64,000 nucleotides of DNA. Source: Phoronis australis (lineage: Eukaryota; Animalia; Phoronida). Below are positions 37,958 through 52,152 of this stretch, piece by piece (the stretch's first letter is position 1; each line of letters opens with the position of its first letter). A program made the position numbers and the translations under genes. The stretch covers positions 336,835 to 400,834 of the forward strand of contig NMRA01000114.1 of NCBI GenBank assembly GCA_002633005.1. Direction: 5' to 3'. A model generated the notes under the pieces. It did no database searches and was not told the DNA's origin. It worked only from the letters and a program-made list of their open reading frames with translations.

Positions 37958-38106
37958 GTCTGATTACTTTTGTCTTGCACTGTATTTTGTCTGATTACTT
38001 TTGTCTTGCACTGTATTTTGTTTAATTACTTTCGTCTTGCACTGTGTTTTGTTTGTTTACTTTTGCCTTGCACTGATTTTGTTTGATTACTTTTGTCTTG
38101 CACTGT
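37958..38106. repeat. 31-bp minisatellite, about 5 copies
   Basis: Unit GTCTGATTACTTTTGTCTTGCACTGTATTTT. Confidence 0.88.
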
Positions 38107-38163
38107 AAGTACCAGATGCTGAATTTTTAAGCTGTTGGTGTGAAGACGTCAGCTGACACCTCT

Positions 38164-38367
38164 GGGGTTTGTTTCATGAAAAGTGACTTTAGACTTAAGT
38201 CAGAAATTTGGTCTTACTCTCTGATAGTTACTGAGATAATTTTTGTAAATGATGTCTAAACTGTGAAGTGCTCATAGTTAATGACTAAAACTTTTTTAGC
38301 AAAGGAGAAATGAATGAATGACTGAATCTCTGTTTCAGTCTTGAGTCACTTTTATGAAACAGGAACC
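38164..38367. mobile_element. Small MITE with imperfect TIRs; related fragment at about 13017-13090
   Basis: TGTTTCATGAAAAGTGACTTTTAGACT / AGTCTTGAGTCACTTTTATGAAACA. Confidence 0.6.
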
Positions 38368-41300
38368 AGTTTCATTTTCTGTTCAGACTCTTTATCCTAA
38401 GAATTTGTGTGAAAAATGAAGACTTCAGCATTGTTTGAAAAGATCGTAAGTCTGTATTTTTGACAACTGAATTCTCAGAGGTTATAAATTGTGCACTTCG
38501 TTATCTGGCTCACTAATTTTTAACACCACTGAGCCGAGTAACCTTTCTAAAGTCCTGTCATTCACCAGTTACCAGCAATTCACCCTTAAATGCTCATGCT
38601 AAGCTGGAAAGGTTCCCCAGGTGTTTTTCATGTTTTAGGATTATCTCAAACGTTATTTAGTAGCCCCCATTCTAACTTGTATATCAAAAAATTTAGGCTT
38701 TCGTCATCTAATAGAAGGATATATTTTATGAAATAAAAAGGATCAGGGAATATAAAAAATATGCTTTATATTTATGTACTATTATTATTCTTATTACTTA
38801 AACACCTTTTTAAAGTCAAAATTTCATTTCTAAGAAAGGCACATTCATACCAAAATAACCCCTCTGTACATTCTACTGAAACCTTTTTTAAATTTCGAAT
38901 ACTTCACCATTCGATTACTCTTTTCGTTTAGTTTCTATGACAAATCAACTCACAAAACGCAAGGTATTTTTTGTAAAAAACACCATATTCGTTTTTGTTA
39001 CATTACGCAAAAACTAGGCCTTTATATTGAAAATCCTAAGTTCATGAATAAATATTAAGTTTGGAAAGTTTCAGCAAAATCCACTGTCGAGCCGTTATCA
39101 AGAACTCCTGTTCCTAAAATCAAATTAAGACGATTTGCCGAACGAAGTCGAGAAAAAGCTGATTAAGTCATGAGAGGTGAAAGTCTCAAGGTCTTTGGTT
39201 AATTATTTGATGAAAATTTGTTTTTGGTCAATATAACCTATACACCCCTTAGTGGTCGTATGCAGGATCAATTTTTGTTTTGCCCGGTACCGTTCTATCA
39301 CATGTACACATCGTTGACTCAGTATGGAGACACGGTGAATGAAAGGACTGAGGTACATTCGGAGCTGCTCTATGCCTGGCGGGAGATTCGATTTGAGTGA
39401 CAGCCCCTCCCTCTCTCTCTCGCAAATTCAAAAAAAAACTTCTGAAGTTGAACCCCTGTTCAGTCTTTGGTATTTCTTTAGGGACAGATTTGTCAGAAGA
39501 TGAAGAGGACGCTGAATTAGAAGAACCGACAGAAAAGGAACATTCGTTCACGTAAGAACCAGTCGTGCAGACAATGATATCACCTTGCTGTCCTGTGGCT
39601 AACATTACATCTCTGAACTCACCATACTGATTAGGGGTATCTCCCTGGTTCGGCTCATGTCCCACCCCTGAAATTTCGAAATTTCCTCTTTTATGTCGTC
39701 ATGCTTGGCTCAATGGCCACCTCCATTTTGTGCGATTGAGGCTTGCTTGATAGTGCCCAGCGACTTTGCGAAAGCTGTCTCACACGAATTATAGCCCCAA
39801 ATATGTAAGAAACTCACTCACTTATCTTTGAGAAATGAATTTTCGTAGTGTCAGCAGCAACTCGCTATCATATTTCATTTGACTAATGCACACAAGTCTG
39901 ATGTTAATACTCATTAATGGCATGCACCTGAATCGACTGATTGGGTGAATGCCTGTCCAATATTATTAAAAACATTGTTTCCAAACACCCATGCTGTCTT
40001 AGTGCCTACCTCCTGATTTACAGTGCCCCAATTTAAGTTCCCTATTCGTTGTCTCTTTCAAGTACAGTGTGTGATTGTTGATATTTCAGAGGTACATTTC
40101 CTTTTGGAACTTCGAACTGCAACAATTTTTTGTTTGAATAAGTTCTTAATTAATGATGTTCACTTTTAATTGTCGTCTCCCAACCAGTATGTTTTAAGAG
40201 TACGGCAATTTACAGATTGACAGTCAAGAGTGTTGACACAGTGGAGGCCATTCAAAGTCGTCTTAGTGTCTGCCTTTTGAAGCCTCCAGATCACATTCAC
40301 ATAATTTTCAACTCAAACGAACTTGGGTAAGTCAGTGTGGTAGAAATCTAAGACTACACACCAATAGTTCTGCAAATTCTTGTATTGTAAGACTGCAAGC
40401 TGGGTTTTCGCGTGTTGTCTGAATAAACAATNGTCAAGCTGACGGAAGTCAAGGGTTGTTTGAGTAAGTTTTTTTGCTCTGTCGTTTAAGGATGCGCTAT
40501 CTTTGCTTGCATACCTCTTTCTTGGTTCGTCAGCACTCATCGTGGGTGAAGTATAAGATAACGTAAGACTTAAATACAGAAAGTTAATTGAGAAATCTTC
40601 AGCACAATTTCAAACGCACATCTGGCGGGAAACAGGTCACGTGTAGGCAAACAATCATATCTAGTCCACCTACCCTTACGCAAAAACGGTCTCAAGGTTG
40701 TGGTTACCATGACGGGGTTTTGTTTTCATTGGTGTGAAGAACATCTGGGTATTTACCCGGCAAAAAACTCCAGAAAGTCACATGACAGTCCAGCATTACC
40801 AATACCTGACCACTGTAATCAATGCCAAATTTTCTGCTGAGACAAGTGACCCGAGTTTTGCTCTCTACAATGGGGTACCGTCAACTTTGGCTGGCTTCAG
40901 CACTTCAGGTTTTGAGCCCGATCCCTCAGCGGGAAACATTTGATGTGCATCTCAGCTGTTTGATTTTGGTTATGGCTTTTCACTGATAAATTTTAAATTC
41001 ACGCTTTCACAAACGCGGTAAAGTTGTTTTTGCCTTTGTCTGAAGAAAGTACGTTCCAGCACAGACTATAGTACATGGACCGCCAACTCCGTATATTTTC
41101 AATGGACGAAATCTGTGATCTTAGGCACAAGCCCTGACGTGAATAATTAACCAGCGACACTTGGCCAAATTGGCTAGTTTTACTTCCGGCATGTACGTCG
41201 TCTGCTAATCATTATGCGAAAATTTTCCGTCACAATACGCCAACCAGAAACTGAAATTGGTAATTTAAGAGTGGCGCCTCCTCTAGGATACTATGCAAGA

Positions 41301-42350
41301 AAATGTCAGAGTTGCAAATCTGATGTCTATAATCTGTGGTTACAGCAACTTCGAATGAAAAAAGTCATACGACTGTGAGAGGAGTTACATTAATTTGTCG
41401 AGTGAAAGTCAGGGAACCAGCACAATGCATTATGCTTGTTGTCTGCTTTCTGGAGAAACTTGACAACCCAGATGTTTACTTTGTGTAATTGAATTAGGCA
41501 AAACACCATGATTCTGACAGAAATTGCGCAACACCATGATCCAGAAAGAAATTGCAGCTCTTTAGGCCTTAGGAGAAAACTTGGCTATGTCAACTGCAGG
41601 TTATCTATCAATTCCAACTGAAAGTTTAGTCTATTTCTGTCATGACGAGGAAACTTCTCTTGGATTCATAGCTGCTTTAAAAGGGCTCGATGCTTTCTGA
41701 ACAAGGCCCGTAATACGTGTGCCAATGATTGTTTTCAGGAAAGATGACTGTTTGGGTGGTCTGAGAGAGAAAGCAGATGTAGAGTGGAATAGGATGCGAA
41801 TTCAGTTGACAACGATCTAATTTTGTCCTTTGATATTCTGAACTCTCTTGCAATCACAGTGGGATTGAAAAGATGACATTATCAGGTCAAGATCTCTAAT
41901 AATCTAATGTTAATTATTGTTCATAGTTTTGGAGGTTAGCAATTGTAGGTTTCTAATTTACTTCTGGGAACTATTTCATTGTGAGTTATTGTAATTTTCT
42001 GGATCTGAAGTCAACTTTTAAGCAAACTATCTTCCACTCAAATGATCATTTTATTGGCTTGTGTAGCGTGACGTTCACAGCATGTCTCTGGAAGATTTTT
42101 ATTTTATTATAATGGGTTTTCTGGAATTTTGGAAAAATTATCCCAACCCTACGTTTTTTCGTCTGGAATATTTGACCTTTCACTGAGGTCATTGAGAATT
42201 ATGTAACTCCGTGATCTGGTTGTTGTAAATGTCTATTTAAGTTTAACATTCCTTGGTGATGTTGATCCATGTATTTACAGACATGTATTTCGTCTCTATC
42301 TGTTGCTCTGCTACACAGTTCTCACTTGTATGTGTGGTTACTGTAAAACC

Positions 42351-42676
42351 CAGGGGTTTCATAGAATCATATGCACGAGCATCGCATCTCATGCAGGAAC
42401 CACCTACGAACCTGTGAATCATGCATACGAACCCAAAAATACCCACATACGAAGAAAAATCATGCGCACGAATCACCAAACGATGAAATGTGCCTGTACA
42501 TGATTTTGTGTTTGTATGTATGATTTTTGTGGTTCGTGCGCATGATTTTTGTTCGTATGCATCATTTTTCGGGTTCATAAGCATGATTCATGGGTTCATA
42601 TGCACGATTCATAGGTTTGTAGGTGGTCTGTGCGTATGATTCGGAAGCTTAAGCGTATGTTACTATGGTAACCCTG
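42351..42676. mobile_element. Foldback MITE with CAGGG termini and 5-bp TSD AAACC
   Basis: CAGGGGTTTCATAGAATCATATGC / GCGTATGTTACTATGGTAACCCTG. AAACC at 42346-42350 and 42677-42681. Internal AATCATGCATACGAAC inverted sub-repeats. Confidence 0.78.
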
Positions 42677-44129
42677 AAACCTCACCAATGTAAGACACAA
42701 TATGGAGGATAAATGAATTCTACTCATTTTTGCACAGAAGACAGGTAGCACCAAATCAATGCTTTTCCATTTTTAAGTTTTATTGATCCGTATCTGAGCA
42801 TCGTACAAGGTTTTGAGTTGTTCTGGGTATAAACGACACTTGTTAAAAGCCGTTTGATAAACAAAAATAACGATCAGTTATGTCAATTTATTCAAAAGTG
42901 ATCAGATTTTGCCGTCGTAGTATTACACTGCTTGGTGACGGTAATTAATGCATGTAGATTAATTAGTCAATACTTTCTCTGTCAGAAATTACGTTGTTTT
43001 CTTTGCAGAGACACCTATACTGTAGCGCTTTCAAATGTCCCTTGTGTTGATAATAGTGACGAGTATTGGGCAAGTCATTAAATGGATACGATAAAATGTC
43101 AATATTCTTGGGACAAAAAGTAGCGCCAGAATTGCTTTCTTTTAGTTTCAAATGCCTCTTGCATTGCTGTGACTTCCCAGAATTTTTCTGATGTTTTACG
43201 CAAAATAATTAGCAACAGCGCAGATTGAACTTGAATAAGTGCTACTTTAGTGCCACATGTCTTTTTTGAAAAAATGTGAAATTAGTGGAATAATGTTTAC
43301 AATAACTATCAATGGTTACTTGATGTAACTGGACTGGAGTGTTATTGCACGTGATGTTCTGTGATTTGCTTAGTGAGAAACATTTTGATAATTGTTTGTT
43401 TTATTGGGCTGGACATAATGATGTTATCTTAACTATTTACTCAAGCTGTTTCTTGAAATGGAAACATTTAGATTCATCGATTTTTAAGATTACTCTTTAC
43501 GAAGTGACTGGTTCATTCATGTCGTAGCTGGCTACGGTTCATTTTCATTGTGAAATAAACTGCTTTGTTTAGGGTTTTCATCATTTGTTTTATATTAAGA
43601 CTTCTTATAAGGACACTTAACTGTAACTTATGTTACCGTGTTTGTACGACTTATTGCTTAAAGTTCTCAGAATGCTCTGAAGCGATCCAACCATCCAACA
43701 TATATTTAGCGAGTGGCTTATTGTGGTCAATGGTGGGTAATTGTTCTTAGGTGAACATTTCGTCGCAGGGTCGAATCATGAACTGCAAATTATTTTTCAC
43801 GTTTTCCGTTTTATTTTTGAGCCAACTCAAGGTGTTTTTCTTTGCTTGAGCACGTTATGGTTTATGTTGCCGAGTGTCTAGTCCAAATTCTACACATAAT
43901 GACCCCTAGATTCGAGCCACAAAACTTGCATATCAATTCAAGATTTCGAGTAAAAACTCAAAAGCTTGACTAAATAAAGCACAATTGCGATACACCACAG
44001 CAGGGCCTGGTGATTTATGCAGCTGATTGGTCTTTTGGTTCAGAAATATCGACCTTGGAGTGTGGGCGGCTTGAATAAAATGTGATATTTCCCAGCCAGG
44101 CAACATTACCTCTCATGTAGGACCTTATT

Positions 44130-44560
44130 AACAAGTCTGTGTGTTCAGCCAACTACCTAAAGAATATGCATTTTCACTTGGTAAAAGTATGTATTTTGAC
44201 TAGAACACCTGTAGAATTTGAATGTTTATTTGTTCCTTACTAATACGCCATTAATAGGGTCACATGACCATGTATTTTAGCAAAACGGATGGTACATTGA
44301 TTACAAAACACTAGTGTTCTTAACATGATCATAAATGTTCAAAATAAAATCTCAAAAATGCTTAATGAGTATTTCATTTTTATTTATTTCAGTTCCGATT
44401 TTTTCATGAAAATCATCTCACTTTTTTGATAGTACCTCATGCAGAGCTAGAACTCTTTAAAATTTAAAAACAATTCCCAACAGCCATTTCCAAGATGTTC
44501 CAAAAATAGCCGCATTTTTACTTTTTTCTATGGTACCACACAACCTCGACAGAAGTCACT
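44130..44560. repeat. Degenerate repeat, inverted relative to about 47320-48060
   Basis: CCTGTAGAA...GGGTCACATGACC...AAATCTCAAAAATG...AAACAATTCC versus GGAATTGTTTT...GAGATTTCATC...GGTCATGTGACCC...TTCTACAGG. Confidence 0.6.
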
Positions 44561-45966
44561 ATACTAACATTTAGCCACTCAGAAGACACGAGTATTTGTA
44601 CTCTTCGTAATAACACTGAATGAGCCCTGGTCACTGGTTTTAGTTCTGTGGTTTATAGTTGCGAAATTTTCATAAAAGCTTTTTTAAACGTACAAAATTA
44701 TTTTGAAAATAACACCCAACACATGCAGTATGGTTTTATTAATAAAACTCTTTAGGTGATACAACTTTTCATAACCAAAACAAGTATGTTAACAATAAGA
44801 TACAAGCTACGAATGTAGCACCCAACATTCTCATGTTGAACACGCAAAGCCATTAAAATACCAACGATAAATTCTCTGGATCAGAAACGCACATATCGCC
44901 TATCGACCTCTGCAGTTGAACATTGAAGTGGCCATGAACAACATTCCACGTTCATCTGAATGTTCATGTTCACACCAGTTGCAAGATGTACGGTAAGTCT
45001 CCGCCTTTTTAGCACACCAATATGGCCGACGGGTCAAATTTCTCCACAAAAATAAAGATAAAAACTTAAGTTTTTTCGCTTGCATAGTTTGTAATATGTA
45101 GATGTCACAAAAATTGTTTAAGTTTTCATTACTTGTAGCACAAAAAGTGGTATATGAAATGTGGAAAATGAAAAATTTAGTTTTTGTGTGAAACAAGAGG
45201 AGAATTATCGTATCATGTTACCATGGAGACTGTCCAGTAAAATGTCATGTTACCATGGAGACTGTCCAGTAAAATGTCATGTTACACATTGTCAATGAAT
45301 GGGAATCATTCTGTGAGTCCTGATCAATCCTGTAATCCAATGTAAACCAGGCTCTGGAAAATGAAGCTGGGTACTTTATGCTCGCAACAGAAACACTTAT
45401 ACATCTAATTCATGACATCTCGATTTAAGAACTCCATGTCTTGCATGTCCATAAATAAAATTGTGTTTAAAATTCTTGTCATTTTAGCAGAATTTGAAAG
45501 GCGCACCAATTTTGGCAACTGTTTTTGTTCAAAATTTGACAAAACGTCTCCATAGTCAAACTTCTTACTTAACATGTCATGTTTAATCTGTCCATCAGCA
45601 CGATTTGCTCTGCACAGACATCACCTAGTAATACTTGATTATAAAGCAACACTAGCAGAACTGTGATTGGAATACAGGAGTAACTGGGGTTATGGCGTGG
45701 TAACAGGTGAAGAGAGTCACTGTAAGCAACAACTACCGTAATTCAATTATTTACCACGTAAGGCGTATTATTTTGCTAAAGTTTTGAAAATTTTAGGTAT
45801 TCAGCCTTTGAAAATTAGAAAAATGATAGTTTTGGACATTATTTTTGGGTGAAATAAGCGAAGAACTACCACAGACCTGTCTGACAGACTACAGTTGAAC
45901 ACTTTTTAAGAATGACAAAGTAACACCAAGTGCCTACGCCACGCCCCAGGTGCCTACGCCAGGCCC

Positions 45967-46153
45967 CAGGGGCCTGTTCTATTAAAAGGTCGAAGTCAGG
46001 CTGTAGCTAAATGCTGAAAAGCATATTTTTGCTGTTTTGTTTAGAAGAGCGACTGGCATACAGTCGCGTTAAGGAACTGGGAGGAAATAAAAATGGAAGT
46101 TACAACCATTTTAGCCAAGATCAGACTTGCGACTTTTGATAAAAAGGGTCACC
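45967..46153. mobile_element. Small MITE with imperfect TIRs
   Basis: GGGGCCTGTTCTATTAAAAGGTCGAAGTC / GACTTGCGACTTTTGATAAAAAGGGTCACC. Confidence 0.5.
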
Positions 46154-47319
46154 AGTTTACAGATAACAACTTCTCATTTGTATATTACGGGTAAATTACC
46201 TTGACTAACAGGAATGTTCTATAGTGGTAAGATCTAAACCGGGAAATTCAATGAATTTTTTAAAAGATTTTGGTGCCTCTGAAATGAATATCTTCTATTG
46301 GCTTTCCTATATATACACACACACACAAACACACACCACGGCAGGCACTGTGCTCACTTTCTTCGTTTTTCAAATGTAGCAAGATCAGTCTACTTGACGT
46401 AGCATGGCAGTGCTGTTCAAAGAGTAATTGGCTTCAAACGAAAACACATTCTTAATAAAATCCATTGTGAAATAAAACTATGTTTCTCCACTTTAATTAA
46501 AAAAAACTGGCACACGTGGTCTCCACTTAATTACCTCAAACACCAAAATCCACAGTAAACTCTTAACAAATAACGGAGTCAGAAACTACAGGGCCTTATT
46601 TATCAAAATGTCCGCCTCTCTTTGGCACTTGAACCAAGATTTCTGAATCTAAATGCAGCACTGGAATCTAGTCACAGTTAAAGTTGGAAAAATATAATTG
46701 AGGTGATCACTCTAAAAAGTCCCTGAAATGTTAGAAAGGACAAATTTTAAAATAGAATGATATTATTCATCAATTACTTTGGAAAGGGTTGATAATGAGT
46801 GAGAGAGTGATCAGCATTTGATTGCATAATTTTTAACTTTGAACGAATGAATTACTGACGTGTTTAAAATTTGAACATATGTCCGAAAACGTGCTACATA
46901 AAATATTCAAAAATCTTAAACACTAGTTTTCAAACGATCCACTCGTAATAATGAAATATCAAAGCCAGCTTTCAACAACACATTGGAATCCATACAAGAC
47001 TAAACTCAAACCCAATATATAATTTATATGAATATAAAATAACACAATAATAAATTTCAACTAAATAACATTGAATTAAAGTATATGAAAGAATAATTCA
47101 TAAATAAACTATGTACACTATGTCCCAACTGAACAAGTAGACAATATATCCTCATACGATCAAATACATAATTGAAATTTTGAAAACTAAAACATCTTAA
47201 ATTTAGCTGTCTGTTGAACATTGACTACCACTTCCCGTTAGTATTTGAGTTCAGCTATACTTAAGATAATGTAGGATCATACAAAAATGGCCAAATTTGA
47301 AAAATTTCGGAATATCATA

Positions 47320-48060
47320 CCTCAGAAATGGCTCATCAGATTCATGTGTAACTTTCCTAAACCACGCTTTACACACTGTTCCCCAATACGCTATTAGGAA
47401 TTGTTTTCTAAATTTGCTGCTTTTGTAGGAGCTATACAAATAGGACTTATATGAATTTAATTAAATAAATTAAAGTTGTATGAAATAAAAACAAAATAAT
47501 TTAGAAAACTGTAACAGCGTTTTTAAGATTTCATCTTGAATATCTATATCAAACGAAATATGGTCAATCTTACCGAAGATGTCGTTTTGCTACCAACCTT
47601 TCTTTTTTGCAAGATTTTACAAGGTCATGTGACCCAATTAATATCAGATTTGTATTAAATCAAAAATCAAAAAGTTCTACAGGCTTTCTACTTTGTTTCA
47701 TTTTTGCAGAAGGGTTGTCAAAAATAGATATTTTATGATGTTTAGGAAAAAATCAGAAGTTGAATAAAATGAAAATGAAATGATTATTTAGAAAACTGTA
47801 ACATTTTTGAGATTTCATCTTGAATGCTTACATTAATATTAATAAACTTTTGGTAATGTTATAGATACCAATGTCTGACATCAATGTCATACTTTACTTT
47901 TTTTTCTAAATTTTACTTAAAAAACATGACCCAGTGAACATAAGATTTGTAAAAAATCAACAAAATTTTACAGGCTTCCTGCTATCAGGAAATGTGTACT
48001 TTTACTGAGTTGAAATCTAGTTTTTTAAGTATTTGGCTCAATATACACACACACAAGGTC
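47320..48060. repeat. Inverted partner of 44130-44560, with an internal tandem duplication of about 285 bp
   Basis: ATTTAGAAAACTGTAACA...AGATTTCATCTTGAAT recurs at about 47499 and 47786. Confidence 0.6.
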
Positions 48061-50171
48061 ACGCATAACCTTGACCTCTCCAATGTAGAACACGGAACTT
48101 TTTGTCAAAATTTTCTCGGCAAAAATGAAAAAATAATTCTTTTCCGATGTTAGCACAATTACTACAAGTCAGTGAACAGCTCGTGGAGAAAGCGCAAGAG
48201 CCTTTTTAGCATGAAGTCTTTAAAAAATAGAAATATGATAACTTGGATAATTCAATTTTCTTAGAATTAAAAGACATTATCGTATTTATCGACCTGCTCT
48301 ATTCCAGCTAAAATTTGAGGGATGAACAGACAAAACAAAGAATCTTTAAAGTAAAAGAAACACAAATACTTGTTTTCATAAAATCCACCCACAATAAAGC
48401 AGCCCAAATGAAGTGAGCCAAGTTGCTAGATGCCAATGGCATTAGTGTTGGAAAAACACTCAGTGCCACATGTGGGTCACATGACGTGAATCAAACTTTT
48501 TTATGGTTACAGAATTGTAGGATATATGCTACGCATCTTGGGATACTGATGTTCCAAGCAATTGAAACCATAAAACACAAAACTACATTTCCAGCCAACA
48601 GATGGCATGGATAAATGCATGTCCCAATTCTTTAACTGTAACAAAGTCCATGGAGTTTAAAGTACGGGACACAACAGTCTCTTCAGTACTCTATGATCAT
48701 TATGCCATCAACTAAACCCCTTGCATTGTGAAAAGGTCACATAACTCATGCAAAAAGTACAATGTTGCAAAATATCTGTGGATGACATTATGTTTAATCC
48801 ATTTGTCTATTAGGCCCATCCTGTCTATCTAAGTAGAAAATTAGCCAACACAAGTTACTTTCATTATCTCCACATACTAAAGAGTTCTATATCAGATACT
48901 GTTTGGTGATTACACTGCAACTTTTTAGTCTTAACACCTTTGACGATTTTTCAAAATTTCCTGAATTTCCCATCAATATAAGAGTCGGTCATATTTCTCA
49001 TGACAACCCAATCAATTCACATTCTGAACATTTAAAGAATATATTGTCTACTTCTTTCAATGATTGCACACAAGCCAATAAATTAAATGACACACATAGC
49101 AGAGCTCTGACTACAAATTAAGAGGCACATAAAACAAAAGCATCCTAAAACATTGATCTTTTTAAGGAATAATCACGATTGTGTGAAAACCCCAAAGCAT
49201 GTATTTCTTTAATTAGCAAAAGACCTCTTCCAGTCTACATTACAATAACTACAACCGAAGCAGTTCCGTAGCTCAAAACGTTTGCTCATGGAATGGAAAC
49301 TGCAACTTTTGTGATATGATTCGACATTCCAGTCTCACTGATCGATCGGTTCAGTGGCGGACATTTGCTAGTAATGTCTCAAGCTTACTCAGAAACTGCT
49401 CGCTTTTCACTCTCGTGATTTTGCATGGCCTGCCGTGATCTCGCTTTTCTAGTAAAGAAACTTGCTCTTCAGATCACAATCCTGGGAAACTACAGATCAC
49501 ATTTTTTAATTTTTCTGCACATGTCATCTGCACGCGTTGGCAGTCTCAGCACAATGGCAATTCAGTGTAATTCCTTCAGTTGCGAGCTATCCGTAAAAAG
49601 ATCAATGACAAAATGGCCGACTAAAAATGGGAACTTTAATTAGCATTGGCCAGTGAAATGCAGAAAAATCTTTGTACACACAACACAACGATTTCAAGAA
49701 ACCGAGAGGTCGATAAGAATACATATTTAGGTTAAACAAAACTGGAAAATAAACAAGGCAATGATCATGAACCCCAGCAATGGAGGGTATCAAAGAGACA
49801 ACATAATTTCGGTTCAGAATGAGCAGACCAAACAATCTAATTATCACAGACAAAATTGCAACATCATTCAACAAATATCGTCTGCTCAACAACACGTCTG
49901 TTGTATGCTTTACACAAGCGAAATTTTCAATATAACATCTCAACGCTTTTAAATCAAAACAATACTATAATACAATTATTTAATTTCACTGTACACATCC
50001 TTTGGTTTCACGCTTGCTATATAACAGCTCAACTAGTATTATACATAAATTGTCCACCTTTTCCTACGAGTGGGCACTGACGATAAAAACCACAACATTC
50101 CTCCCCCTTCTTAATCTCTGTACACTCATCACAGACAAGACAGTAATGCCACCTACAGACCGCCGAGAGCA

Positions 50172-50254
50172 CTAAGCTCCTGATGGTTGCTTTGTAGGCG
50201 AAGACGAAGCACTACTCACACCAGGAACGGCATCCATTGGCTGGAAAAATCGCT
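50172..50254 (-). CDS. NFI: Nuclear factor I, probable last coding exon
   Basis: CTTTTCCAG|AG, phase 1 matching the upstream donor. Reads (E)RFFQPMDAVPGVSSASSSPTKQPSGA*, stop TAG. Confidence 0.65.
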
Positions 50255-50347
50255 CTGGAAAAGTAACAGCATTGATTCAGAATTAATAGCAGCCTGCATT
50301 CCGTTTTCAGTCCCAGGTAATGATAAGTCATGCAAATCTAATCGATA

Positions 50348-50702
50348 AAAGGATACCTCACTCAGTTTTGGTCTATGAATAGATACTAAAAACGACTTTC
50401 CCATCCTTGTTCTCTGAAACAAAATAATGACCTGTAACACTTGACAAACTTCAAAAGTTTGAAGGAAAATTTAAAAACTCCTTTCAAAGTCAGCTAAACG
50501 GGCAAGCACGACCTATGCTTTCCGCGAATTACTCGGAAATTGTGGGAAAAGACCACCCATCAAGGAACATAATGTCCAATCTGTCACGTAAGGAGTGTGA
50601 ATTTTTAGTTGACTCCTGTCTTTAACTTGTAAGATGCTTTAGCAGGTGACAGAACAAAGATTGGTTGAAATCATCAAAACACGGTTTAGTATCCGTTTAA
50701 TG
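50348..50702 (+). repeat. Repeat family D; further copies at about 52808-53165 and 63745-63900, all in NFI introns
   Basis: Shared AAAGGATACC...TTTTGGTC...AAAACGACTTTCCC...CAAAAGTTTG...AAACTCCTTTCAAAGTC...GGTTGAAATCA...GGTTTAGTATCC. Confidence 0.75.
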
Positions 50703-52152
50703 TCCCTGGCAGTGCTAAGTCATGTCGAAAGCACGAACCTCAAACTGCATAATATTAATTCCCTATCTAAATGCTAACTTTACAGGCTGGAAAACTCGAC
50801 TCAATTCTATAGAATTCTTGTTGCAGGGGTGTGGCTTAGTGTTATTGCCGAGCTTGAATCCAACAGGGCGAGATCACATATCTAGATGAGAGACAACTAG
50901 GGAAAGTTCAAGCATACATTCTGGGCAATGAGAAGGCGCTATTAGGTATCAATACTTTTGGTTGACATAAGAGACATGGAAACAGTCAACTGAAGTTGAA
51001 CAGTCTTTAGTTTACGTAGAGACTGTGGAAGCGTCTGGGATCTGAAACTGCCACAGAACAAATTTGAAGTGACTAATCCAGCCACACAGACAAACAGTGA
51101 GGTCCAGTCAATCCACACGTATGCAGTACAAAGTACAGGAGCAAAATCAACATATTACTAAAAACCTCAGCAATACAGACCTACACAAAAGTTTTTGAAG
51201 ATGGCGTTTCATGTGGCTTTGAAGGGGAAAAGCCAACATTGATGGTTTCATTTCCTCTAAATATTCAAATCAATAGCTACACTTTAGGCATACGTTTAAC
51301 ATAAATTATCATTCCCGGACCTTGTTGACTACATACAAGCAAAATGACTAAAATGACATAGTCGGTGTAACTAACATTTCTGCATTCTGTTTCACAAACA
51401 CAGGTCTTTTGAGACCTTAAAATGAAATTATCAGCAAGAAAATTTGTTCTCCAAGATTAGCATTGCCAATGCATGGAATTAAACTCATGACTTTAGCTGT
51501 TGCAGAACAACACTGCTAGAGGAGCTAAACACCAGTCAATAAAGGCCAAACGTTGTAAGGGTATTGAACGGTTCAAGTCACTGGCCTTGATTTTAGTGAA
51601 TGGTTGGCACATCTGGTCAAAGCTAATAACTTCTAGAAGTCTATCCCACCCAACAATCTAAAAAATTGCATTTTTCGGTCACAAATGCAATTATGTACCT
51701 TTAAAGGGGCAATAGCACCAGAGCATCTTGTCAAAAAACAACTTTCGATTGAGGCCACTCAATGTTATACAATCGGTCTCGTCTCATTTTTTACTAGGAT
51801 TAGAAATGATTTCAGGACTTGAGAAGAACCGAACGGTTACTATAGCTTCAGACGAGGCCCGTCAAGCTGTCGTCACCGTTGGTTGGTTTCAAACGCCAGG
51901 CAAGGCAGTATGGCAGTCTGGGGCATAACAAAATGCAACCAAAAGACCAGAATGTGGTGACGTTGTTTTGGAAAAGCAAATACGTCTATGACGAAAGTTG
52001 TTGTAATTCCAAAGCCCTGCTTTAAGTCATTTAATAGCGGCAAAAAATCTGGCCAAAAACCAAAGCAAAATATAAGCAAACACTAAAAACAAGTCAAGAA
52101 TCAGAAGCACAAATCAACACATCGATGCAGCAGGGTTGTAGTGCTATTTTAC

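Noticed and set aside
41588-41820. Interrupted plus-strand frame MSTAGYLSIPTESLVYF...*TRPVIRVPMIVF...
   Set aside because: No recognisable motif or splice support.
45213-45285. 32-bp direct duplication
   Set aside because: Simple local slippage duplication with no further structure.
50375-50431. Alternative NFI last exon (GHYFVSENKDGKVVFSIYS*) after TTACAG
   Set aside because: It lies inside repeat family D; the exon at 50172-50254 is unique sequence and fits better.
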